From Bdellovibrionales bacterium (GTDB lineage Bacteria > Bdellovibrionota > UBA1018 > CAIMNF01), in the NCBI GenBank assembly GCA_947502835.1, contig CANNBJ010000005.1, positions 40,429-104,428 of the forward strand: DNA of 64,000 bases, written 5' to 3'. The notes under the pieces are model-generated. The model had not been told where the DNA came from, ran no database searches, and was given only the letters and a program-made list of their open reading frames with translations. The position numbers were made by a program, and so were the translations under genes. Positions 45,416 to 55,600 of the stretch are shown one piece after another; position 1 is the stretch's first letter, and each line of letters begins with the position of its first letter.

Positions 45416-47388
45416 GTCAGTTACTTGTTCTGCTCGCGATTTTACCCGTAGCACTCGCGCAAACCCAGATGGTTTTTCCGCCCACCCCGAATGGACCGGA
45501 GGGTGAAAATCCGGTCATGATGAATCCAAACCCGGGGGCTGTGCCTGGTGTGGGGCAACCGTCAGCACAATCGTCCGCCCAGTTACTCGGCAGTCTGCCC
45601 AACCAATGTCCCTATCTTGAAAAATCAGCTGATGCCAAGAAACTTTTAAACGAGGTAAGTAAAGACATTGCATCCGCGATCGCAGAGCTGAGTAAACAGG
45701 GGGATCGATGCGCGCTTCAGGGGAGCAATCTCATCGGGCAGATGCAAAGTTACAATGAAGCCATCAATCAACTTGCTCAGCAGCGGATTCCGGATCAGAG
45801 GGCCATGAGCAATCTGATGGTGGGGAGCGAGCCATTTCCCTGTGGCCCGGACAATCAGGAGTTCACATCGTTTTTAAGCCAGTATGCCCGAGGGCGTGTG
45901 GTCGAAAAGATGGCCCTCGCATCGCCAGAGTCAGCATTGATCGGAGCCTACGGTAGCCATATCGAGGGTACAATCGATTCTTGCATCACAACCGCCCAAA
46001 GGAATTCAAGCTCCAGGGCCGCAAGTGAGCTCGGGATCACTCAATGCACCTTCTCTTCGCTGTTCGGAGACAGAACAGGCGCTCAATCGAGCCCTGGCTC
46101 CTGGGCAGCTAGTGCCTGGAACAATGACTGCGGCACTGGAAGTACCAGTGCAGTGAATTCAGCGCGCAGAGGAATCGAAAGCAAGCAAGTCGAACTCGAA
46201 ACATCACGAAGGAATTTTGAAAACGCTCTCAACTCCGTGACGAATCAATTCAGCACTCTTTCTGGTAGCATCAGTGCCATCCCGACTCAAAGGTGTGCCG
46301 CAGTGAAACAACTCCTTTTGGGGGCAACTCAGGGAGGCCTTGGGGTCACAGCAGCACTCACAGGTCCTTGGGGCGCGATTGGATCGGGCTTTCTATCGCA
46401 GATTCTATCCGGTTCCATCCAGGCTTTGGGAACCAATCAGAACAGGATCAATCGACTGCAGCAAACCGAGGAGGCCATAAAAAACAGCAATCGCACCCTG
46501 TTTCAAAACTTCAGTTGTCACATATTCAAGACAAACCAGCTGAATTGCGAGCTCCTCACCCGATCCCAGATGGAGGAAATGAATCCGGGACAAGCGCAAT
46601 TCATCTCCTGTCAAAGTGATTCGCAGGTTCGATCCAACCTGCTCATGACCGGAAAACTCAGGAATGACCTCCGTGAATTCTCAGCAAAAAACCAGTCTCA
46701 AGCGCCTCAGGCTCTTCAATTTTCCTTGGCCCAAGTTCCATCTCAGGTATCCCCCTCGGAGGAACAGACTGACTATGTCTTTGACAAATTCTTCTCAACC
46801 AAAGATGATTTCGGAGTGATTTTGCCGAGTGGAGAACACATATCCACCTATGACTATCTTTACAAGGATCCTAATGGCTTGATTTCAAGCGCAATAAAGG
46901 GCTATTCCGATCTTAAGCCGGGTGACGATCGCAAGAACCTCGCGAATCACAATGTCATAAAACAATCCCAACTGCTCAAGAGCCAACTGGATGAGTTCAG
47001 ACAAAGAATGACCATCTTCAGAAGGACGAATTCCTTCGATCCTGTCGGGAAGGACGGAAAGAATCTCGTAAGCGGGATTCTCGAATCCGTCAAAGGCGGG
47101 GAGTACCTGGACGCGGTCGGTTTCTATCTCAAGGATCGGGCAAGTACCCCTGATTCCGGAGACAACAACAACTTTGGCATCACCAGAGCACTCGCCGATG
47201 AAATGAGCACCACCCTTGAAAACCGGCTTTTTGAACAATTGGGACCTGGAATTCCGAAGAAAAAAGCGGAATCCAACAATCTTCGAACTACGATCACGGA
47301 CATCTATGACAATTTTCTTGGTCCCAAATCGATCATCAAGGACCGGTATGTCAATGGTCACCGGGACGAGGCCTGGCGCCAGATTTAA
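45412..47388 (+). CDS. Hypothetical secreted Cys-rich protein (ends at in-frame TAA; same frame continues to 47781)
   Basis: Signal peptide MSQLLVLLAILPVALAQTQ. ≥12 Cys in paired arrangement. Q/N/S-rich. Confidence 0.6.
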   Translation: MSQLLVLLAILPVALAQTQMVFPPTPNGPEGENPVMMNPNPGAVPGVGQPSAQSSAQLLGSLPNQCPYLEKSADAKKLLNEVSKDIASAIAELSKQGDRCALQGSNLIGQMQSYNEAINQLAQQRIPDQRAMSNLMVGSEPFPCGPDNQEFTSFLSQYARGRVVEKMALASPESALIGAYGSHIEGTIDSCITTAQRNSSSRAASELGITQCTFSSLFGDRTGAQSSPGSWAASAWNNDCGTGSTSAVNSARRGIESKQVELETSRRNFENALNSVTNQFSTLSGSISAIPTQRCAAVKQLLLGATQGGLGVTAALTGPWGAIGSGFLSQILSGSIQALGTNQNRINRLQQTEEAIKNSNRTLFQNFSCHIFKTNQLNCELLTRSQMEEMNPGQAQFISCQSDSQVRSNLLMTGKLRNDLREFSAKNQSQAPQALQFSLAQVPSQVSPSEEQTDYVFDKFFSTKDDFGVILPSGEHISTYDYLYKDPNGLISSAIKGYSDLKPGDDRKNLANHNVIKQSQLLKSQLDEFRQRMTIFRRTNSFDPVGKDGKNLVSGILESVKGGEYLDAVGFYLKDRASTPDSGDNNNFGITRALADEMSTTLENRLFEQLGPGIPKKKAESNNLRTTITDIYDNFLGPKSIIKDRYVNGHRDEAWRQI

Positions 47389-47781
47389 GAAGAATTCAAA
47401 AACGGGGTCGGAATCAAGGATGGGAAAGAGACGATCAAGAACAAAGAGCTGTTTTCAACAAATGTGGTCTATGCCGCAATCACGCACTGCTCCCTCAATT
47501 ACCCCTTTGCACTGAATGCGGAGGGAACGAAGCTGGATGAAGGATATATGGAACAGTGCGGATTCTTGAAGGCATGCAAGGGTGAAAATAATACCATTGG
47601 CTGGCCTATAGATCTGGCGGGGCCCAATCAAGCAAAAGTAAAATCCCACTCGGTTGCTGAATTTGGAATGTGTTCCATGGTGAGCAACTTCAAGTCGATC
47701 GAGGCTCGTCTTGAAAAAGAGTTCAAGAAAAGTGGAACGATTTGCGGAAAATCCGTGTTCGAGATTGAGTCCTTTCGATAG
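47389..47781 (+). pseudogene. In-frame continuation of the 45412 gene after a single TAA stop (possible pseudogene, sequencing error or readthrough)
   Basis: Same frame as the upstream 658-aa ORF. No ATG until 47464. Same Cys-rich composition (ITHCSLNYP…EQCGFLKACKG…GMCSM…TICGKS). Confidence 0.4.
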
Positions 47782-47818
47782 AGGGGCATTCAGGTTGCCG
47801 TACGATTGGAGGCCCCCG

Positions 47819-48154
47819 TCAAAGGTTCTCGCACCACCGGAAGAGGTCTTCAATGAAGGGATTTCGCTCGAAACACGCAGCGGTCTTTCCCCAAAGGAGA
47901 ACCCTTTCACATCCGGAAACGCCGCCTGGGTTCGCCGAAACGGGCGATTCCAGGCTCTCAAGCCCTCGCGGTTTGATCAGATGCCACGGAGTTTCCGGAG
48001 TACGACACCGAAAACCATCCTTCTCCTTTCTCAGGGAGATTTGTCGAACCTTTTCGTGGGAATTCTTGGACTCGATGCGGACCACGACCTCGTTTGCTGG
48101 ACCTGCAAAGGAAGGAGTTGGGGTAGCAAGGAGTATCCAGAAAACCAGGATCAT
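47819..48154 (-). CDS. Hypothetical 111-aa secreted protein (downstream member of the coupled pair)
   Basis: Signal peptide MILVFWILLATPTPSFAGPA. 4 Cys. ATGA start/stop overlap with the upstream gene. Confidence 0.4.
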   Translation of the reverse strand: MILVFWILLATPTPSFAGPANEVVVRIESKNSHEKVRQISLRKEKDGFRCRTPETPWHLIKPRGLESLESPVSANPGGVSGCERVLLWGKTAACFERNPFIEDLFRWCENL

Positions 48155-48555
48155 AAATTACACTCCTTGGTGCCCGGTTCCGGATCGCATCCGAGGATTT
48201 CGCAGATTTCCCGCGTGAGGAGCTCCCGCCTGCGTGCAGGGTTCAAGGAGTGCGGTTCCGGATCGTACATTTTCTGAACCATTGCCTCATCCGGATAGCG
48301 TTCATCATTTCCCGGAGGATCGCAGAATGTCGACAAATTATGGTGGAACAGGCTCGTCCGTGACTCTTCTGGCTCTGCGCGGAGAATCCGAGCCATTACT
48401 TTCGAGGAGATCATATCGGCAAATCGCTCTTCGGTGTCTTCAGCAAGACCTCTGACCACTAACCCTGAGTCGGAAGAATGGATCCCTTGCATCGGGATCG
48501 TCGATTCCAGAATTTCTTGCTGGACTTCTCTCGATTTATCAATTGCAAGTCGCAT
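48151..48555 (-). CDS. Hypothetical 134-aa protein (upstream member of an ATGA-coupled pair)
   Basis: ORF with no family assignment. Its TGA overlaps the ATG of the downstream gene (ATGA at 48151-48154). The plus-strand alternative ORFs are R/S/P-rich antisense-like. Confidence 0.35.
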   Translation of the reverse strand: MRLAIDKSREVQQEILESTIPMQGIHSSDSGLVVRGLAEDTEERFADMISSKVMARILRAEPEESRTSLFHHNLSTFCDPPGNDERYPDEAMVQKMYDPEPHSLNPARRRELLTREICEILGCDPEPGTKECNL

Positions 48556-48796
48556 CTTATTCGAAGGATCGGTTTCGCTGCTGCACTGGTACTCGGCAAT
48601 GAAAAAAGAGTAAGCTGCTGAATCGAGAGTTTTGTTTTCAGCGACGAAGGGGTAGCCCTCGCAAGGAGTCAGGAAGGTCGCTGAAGGTTCCCTTCAACAA
48701 CTAACGGAGCTTTTGTTCGCGACTTGGCTTCTGTGAGCACTACTCCAGGGTCGAATCTGGATATCTGGGGCTAGGCGGGTTACTTGGATGAGCAGT

Positions 48797-48821
48797 TCAA
48801 AACCAAGGAGTTATGCCTTGG
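48797..48821 (-). terminator. Rho-independent terminator for the 48858-49487 gene (minus strand)
   Basis: Minus strand reads CCAAGGcataactCCTTGG followed by TTTTG, 37 bp after the stop. Confidence 0.6.
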
Positions 48822-48857
48822 TACTCCTGCAGACTTCCGTGTCATCTCATCACCCTG

Positions 48858-49487
48858 CTATTCCCCGACAGCTCTTCTAGAAGTCCGCGCATGGGCGCCG
48901 AGATTATACTGAAGCACTTGCGGACTGAGTTCCTCCGGTTGTGAGATCAAGCCGCCAAAGCTTGCCCAGCCGATTCCACACTCAAGGGTCGCGCTGGCAA
49001 GGACTTGCCCTTTGGGTGAGTAAATAGAACCTTTCCAGGTAGCAGCAAACACCTTTTGTTCGATAAGGTCAAAGCGATCCAAAGAATCAAGAGATGCCTT
49101 GATCCGGGATCCCGATTCCAGGGTGATTTTTCCTGCTGAACTGCGAAGTATTGCGAGGCAAGCCGTTTTCCCGCCAGCGAGGGTGGCATCGCCCGCAATT
49201 TCGGTTCCATCATTGAAGGTGATGGAAACAGGCGTGATCGAAGTGCTCCCAAGGAGACCCCTTGATGAAGATGCAAAATGGTATCCCGACTGAAGGGTGA
49301 CTTCGATCGAATTTGCGGAAGAGAGCTTTTCAAAAAGTTGCGAGATTTTTTCTGCGCGAGCCTCTTCTGCCATTTGCTCCAAGGATGCGGCAAGAAGCTC
49401 GTCTTCACGCACTTCAAGACCAGATTGTGCGTGTGCCGGATCAGATCCAAAAACAAGTGCGATCAAAATGGGGATTAGGCTCTTCAT
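48858..49487 (-). CDS. Hypothetical secreted protein
   Basis: Signal peptide MKSLIPILIALVFGSDPAHA. S/G/T-rich, β-rich composition. Followed by a terminator. Confidence 0.55.
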   Translation of the reverse strand: MKSLIPILIALVFGSDPAHAQSGLEVREDELLAASLEQMAEEARAEKISQLFEKLSSANSIEVTLQSGYHFASSSRGLLGSTSITPVSITFNDGTEIAGDATLAGGKTACLAILRSSAGKITLESGSRIKASLDSLDRFDLIEQKVFAATWKGSIYSPKGQVLASATLECGIGWASFGGLISQPEELSPQVLQYNLGAHARTSRRAVGE

Positions 49488-49638
49488 TGCGCGCTGAGAG
49501 TAGCGGACAGAATGGGAGAGGTCAATGGTGGACTCAAAAGCTTAAGAATTAAACTGTCTCGATTTATTTCCTTGGAAATGGAGAACAGTGTTGAATCGAA
49601 AGGGAAGACTCGAGCTCGACTGCCCGCGCTCACTCGAC

Positions 49639-52600
49639 TTAGAGACCCTGTACCGAGTCAATGATCATGTGATCCACTCCGGTTTGGTTGCTGTCGTTGT
49701 TTCCGAAGCAATAGGGAGTTCCTGTGGAGCTGATGGCACAGAAGGTGTGCTCGGTCGGTGCCTGCGAAATTGAAGTAATATCGGTCATGCCGGGGACTTC
49801 GTAGGATCGCCGGTAGAGCGAGGTGTTGATATTGCCAAGGCCGCGCTGTCCGAAAGAATTCTGTCCCCAGCAAACAAGCTGTGTCGTTCCAGTTGCTTTG
49901 CGTATTCCGCAGGATGAGTTTTGGGTCGAACTAATCGCGGTGATTCGAGTAAGAACCGCACCGCCCTCCTCACCGGATACGACAGAATCAGGGGTTCTTT
50001 GGGAATTGATAGAAACACCGTTTCCGAGCATTCCGTTTGCACCAGCTCCCCAACATTTGACGGTGCTATTATTCAAGAGTGCGCAGGTGAATTTGTTCCC
50101 GGCCGAAATTGCAATCACACCTGAAATATCAGCTTGTTGCGGAATGTTTCCGAATACACCACTCCCACCGGTATCGTTGCCGTATTGACCATTGGTATTG
50201 TCCCCCCAGCATCGCACCGTGCGATCTTGAAGAAGTGCGCATGCGTGATCATAGCCAACGGAAATTTGGGTTGCAGTTGTGATCCCAGAGACTTGTACAG
50301 GCACATTGGATTGGACTCCGGGGCCAGGTATGGCAGGTGCATTACCCAGCTGGCCGCGGGTGTTCATACCCCAACACCACACAGTTTTATCCGAAAGGAG
50401 AGCGCAAGAGTAGTAGTTTCCGGACCCGACTTGATTCGCGTTTGAGATTCCGGAGACTGGTTGTGGAATAAGGGCACCGGAAGTCGAATTATTTCCAATT
50501 GTCCCGAACTGTCCATGTCCCCAACACTTGATGGTCGAATTGCCAAGGAGCGCGCAATAATGAGAGTTTCCCGCGGCAATTGAGGTTGCGGTCAAGCCGG
50601 TTCCAAGATTCACAGTGGTTGCGCTTTTGTAGCCGTTGTTTTGGCTTCCATTCCCGAGTTGACCATTGCTTCCAGCGCCAAAGCATCTGACCTGGCCCGA
50701 AGTGGTGAGTGCGCAGGCGGATGAACCTCCGGATGAAACCTGCCTTAATGGTCCAAGACTGCTAACAAGTGTACCCGTGCTCGGGATCAGAACACTTGGA
50801 TATCCACGACCTGTGCGATAACTGGTGGCAAGACCCCAGCATTTCACGGGAGATTCTGACGACGAGGTCAGGGCACAGACATGATTTTCTCCCATCGAAA
50901 TTTGAAGTGCGTTGCTGATGCCTGCCACGGAAACTGGGCTCAAGCGGGTTGTTTCAGTCCCGTCGCCCAGAATTCCATAACGATTGAGCCCCCAGCACTT
51001 TACTCCACCCGCGCCAGAAAGAACGGCGCAAAAGGAACTTCCTCTTGAGGCGGCGACTACAGAGGTCGCAGAAGTGATACCGTTTGCTGTTGGGTAGGGT
51101 TGCTGTGTGGTAGACCCGTTTCCGATTTGCCCGGACCCGCCTGTCCCCCAACATTTGATTACCCCTCCCATGCGGACGCAGGCGCTCGAGTCGCTCAATG
51201 CAATTGCGGATGCTCCAGTCAGGACGTTTCCAGCAGAGGCGAGCACGTCGACGGCCACTGAAGAAGGTACTCCTGTGTTATTTCCAAGTTGCTTCGTAAA
51301 TGTGCCGTTGGCTCCCCAGCATCTGACCCCGCCATTTGTCCGAACGGCGCAAGAAAACCCGTCTCCTCCAGCAAGTGCACCAGAGGATGGCTGGGCATCG
51401 GTGATTCCCGAAATAGGGAGAGCATAGGTGCTAGGAGAGGTGGTTCCGTTTACGGGGGCGGTTTCGCTTCCCTGGCCCCAGCAATAGACTGATCCTGAAT
51501 TCAGGGTCGCACAAGTGTGATTCGCTCCAGCCGCAATGACCGCGACGTTCGTGAGTGGGGCGCCTGGGCTCGTCTCGATCTGAACTGGGGATAAGGATTT
51601 AACTGTTGAGGTCCCCCCTGCCTGGAGGTTATCGTTGATACCCCAACATTTCACCGTTTGGTCCGATAAAAGGGCGCACGCGTGGAGATAGCCCATGACG
51701 ACTGCGGTTGCGCTATTGATGCCGGACACCGCTCCCGAATTGGGTTGATCCGTGGTGACTCCGCTTCCATTCACGCCATTACCACCCTGGCCCCAGCACC
51801 GAATGGTGCCATCAGAAATCAGGACACAGGAATTATTTGCGCCTAGAGTGGAACTGAGTGCAGAAACTGATCCACTAAAGGCAGAGAGACTCAAGGCCAC
51901 AGAGATGCTCGATTGGGTGCAGGCTCGGTTCAGGGTGCCGTCAATCCGACTCGCCACAGTTGGCTTTGCCACCACTGTCACGGTGCAGGCTGCTCCTTTG
52001 CTGAGGTTTGAGGTGCCGCAGGTGTCACTGACAATCATGAAGTCGGAGGAATTACTCAGTGTCGGAGCACTGCAACCCGTAAGGGTTCCGAATCCGGAAT
52101 TGGTCAAGATGATCTCTTTTTTCGCTGACGCACTTCCGACCCTGACGTTGGCAAAGTCCACTGTAGAATCGGCATATGAGGTAAGAATGGGTGCCGAAGC
52201 GACTCCTGCAACCTCGATCCCATTCGTGGTGGTGGATTGGGTTCGGGTCTCACCGAAGAGGTTCGTACAAGAGCGCGAAAGAGTTGTGGTCTGGCGACCG
52301 GAAGCGGTCGGAGATGCGGCCACTTGGACGACACAGCTTGCTCCAGCTGCGAGATTTGCGGTGCCACAAGTGTCGGACGTGATTCTGAAATGAGTTGAGG
52401 GGCTTAGGGTGGGGGCACTGCAGCCACTGGCCGCACCATTTCCGGAATTGGTGATTGTGAAGGAAAGACCTCCTCCGGTCTCTCCCACTGTGACCGACCC
52501 ATAGGGGCGTGCGACAGGGTCAAAGGTGAGATTCGGAAGGGAAATCGAAACTGTGGCGGTGCCTTCCTGAGAGTTCAGATTATTCGAAAAAACCGAGTAT

Positions 52601-55600
52601 TTGAAGCTACCGCTTGTGGTTCCCAACGCGGATGCGGTCAGGCCCACTTGGCAAACTCCATTGGAGCATTCGCAAGGCAAGGAAATGGTGACATTCGAGA
52701 GATCGGTAATCGAACAGGAGCTGATCGTATCTCCGTCCGGATCAGTCGCGGAGGGAAGTGTGAAGAGCGCCTGGATCGCAGTAACCGGAGTCGTGGGTGC
52801 CCAAGCAAGATTCGATAAAACCGGAGGAGAATTGGAGAGGTTCAAGGTTCCGATATTTGAGGTGAGTCCATCGGCTGTCGTTACGGTGTAGGTGAATGTT
52901 GCGGAGTTTAGCCCGTTGCTGCCCATAATTCCCACCCTGCACACTCCAGACGTGCAGGAACAAGGTGAGGAGACGACGAGACCGCCCGAAGAGATCACGC
53001 TGCAGGCCGTGGCGAGATCGCCCTCACTATCTGTGTAGGGAAGGGTAAGAGTCATTGCGGCTTGGGAGAGGCCTTGCGAAACCGTACTGGCAACCGGAGC
53101 GCGGCTGTTCACAACGCTGATTCCGCTTTGACAGGTGGTGATGGATCCGAGACTTGCCTTGATCGAGCGGATCGTGGTGTTTTGGATTGAAAGCCCGCTA
53201 AAAGTAGCGATCCCTAAGCTAAGTGGTTTGATCAGCGTGCCGCCCAGGCCTGCGTTGATCACTGAGCCGCTGCAATTTGAAGCGTTATATGCGGTCAGAC
53301 TGATCTGGGAGGAGGAGTCCAGAGAGGAGATGTTTCCTAATGAATCCAGCGCAGTCACCACGGGTTGGGTGGAAAAGCTCAAACTGTAGGCGGAAAGGGT
53401 CAGGGGTGCAGGTGGAGTGCTGAATGCGATTGAAGCGGGTGAGCCCGGGCCCACACTGAAACTCGGAAAGACATAATCTGTAAAGGGAATATACAAGTCA
53501 ATATTCCAGGCATTGATTCCCAAGGCTAAGGGGGTATACCGAACGGTATAAAGGCCAGGAGCAGGGTTTGCGACTTGGCCAAAAGTACCCCCGCCCTCGA
53601 CAGTATAAAAGTGAGCCGAGGTCGGAAGGCCAACGGTAGAATAATTTCCAAAATGATCCTCTAAACTCAATTGGATTTCGAGGAGAAAGGCCTCGCCGAC
53701 TCCGCCATGATTGGAAGCGAGCACGTTTACAGAGGTGCTTGAGGTCCTTACCGGAGTCAAACGATTATCAACGGAGCCCGGGGTGACGGGTATCGCGGGT
53801 GAGCAATCTCCGGTGAGGTTCCCGGAACTCACCTTCAGATAAAGCGGGCCTGTTCTGTATTGTTGCCATCCGGGCTCTGATCGACGAAAAGTCAGACTTG
53901 ATACCGTTGCCGTACCACTGGTCATGCTGAGCGAATTGCACGAAGCTTCGTTGCAGAGGAGACTGGATAGAAAATATCTATTGGTGAAAGCGGGAGATGC
54001 GACCGTACATCCGGCATCATCGTACAAGGCGAGTTGCGCTGTGCCTGAAGTGGATACTTTATTGTGATAGGCATCATGGATCTCAAAGGAAAGTCCGGAG
54101 GCAATCGGAGTACCGGCCGTGGCCGTACTCGGCACTTGCGAAAAAGTAACCTGAGTTGCAACACCTTGCAGCGGTCCCGGAGCAACATTGAAGCCACTGG
54201 TGCACGAGGTGATACTGCCAAAGATCGCTTTGATGGACTTCATCGAAGTGCTGAGGGCGCTCACGGACGAAAAACTTGCAACCCCATTGACGAGGGATTT
54301 GCTTACGTTCATCGGGGTTGAGCCCCCGCCTAAGCCAAATTTGAGCTCTGATCCCTCGCAATTGAGATCGGAATAAGCCGCAATTCGTACTGTGCCACTT
54401 GCGCTGGCAAGAAGATTGTCATAGGGATCCCGGACCGAAATTTGAGGCTGGCTTGTAAAAACCATGCCTGCAGTGAGGGAGGCGGGGGCTGGGTCAAGGT
54501 CCCAAGTGAGTCGAGACGCGGCGCCTGCGCTAACCGTTACACTTGCGCTCGCAGAGGTGATGCCGGTGCTTGCTGCGGTGATGGTGATTGATCCAGCGGT
54601 CTTGAGAGTGACGGAAAAAGATCCAGTGCCTGATGTCAGAGATGAAGCTGAGGGAAGGATTGCTTGAGTATCGCTTGAGGTGAAAGAGACAGGGTTTGCA
54701 AAGGATGTAGCCGTGTTTCCGTTTCCATCAAGAGCAGTGATTGTGACATCGAAGGCCGTTCCGGCAGGAGTGGATGCAGGAACAGAGGAGAAGCTCAGGC
54801 GAGTGGCGGCCCCTGGAATCACGGTGACGGAGTCATTGGCCAAGACAAGTGAGCCAGAGATGGAAGCGCCAAGAATGACTGAGCCTGCGAGAACCCCCGT
54901 GAAACTTGAGGTGTAGAAGCCCGATCCCGAGGAGTCAATCCTATCAAAACTTCCGGTCCCGCCAACCGAACTTGAAGTGAAGAGGATTGAGGAGTCAGAG
55001 GGGAGGCCTGAGGGATTCGAGTTCCCGAACTGGTCTTTGGCAGTGAGGGAGATGGAGATCGAATCGCCTGAGGCGACAGAAGCCGCTGATGCGGTGACAG
55101 AGGACTCGGCGAGGGAGTAGGCGCCCGGGTTGATCGAGAAGGCGCGGGAACAGGCAGAGATCAAGCCCGCACTTGTCGCTCCCAAAAAGAGCGACTGACT
55201 TGCAAGGTTCACCCTGACATTTTCAAACTGGAGCTCACCGGAAGCAGAATTTCCGCTCAAGCTCCCCGAGAGGGAATCACTTCGATTCGGAGTGGTTGCA
55301 ACCGGCACTTGGCAGTCGGAATCCGAAAAGAGTGAAAGAACGATGGGAATGGAATTTGCGGTGGTGAGAGCATCTGTTTCCGAAAGGATCTGAACTTTGG
55401 GTTGTACCGAGAGCAATGCGCCGGCCTGAAGGCCGGTCGTAGCGATGGGCTGGACGGCAAAGATCAGGTGATGAGGCACCACTGAAGGGCTTGCTGAAAG
55501 AGTAATGCTGACCGGGCTTGAGTCGAGAGATCCGTGATCATTCACTGCGGTCACTTTGAACTCATAGGTCGTATTGTTTTGGAGACCGCTCACCACATAA

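Noticed and set aside
47711-48277. Plus-strand 188-aa and 121-aa ORFs in the 47.8-48.3 kb region
   Set aside because: They are R/S/P-rich with no signal or structure. The minus-strand ATGA-coupled pair with a signal peptide is the more plausible coding arrangement, although neither is certain.
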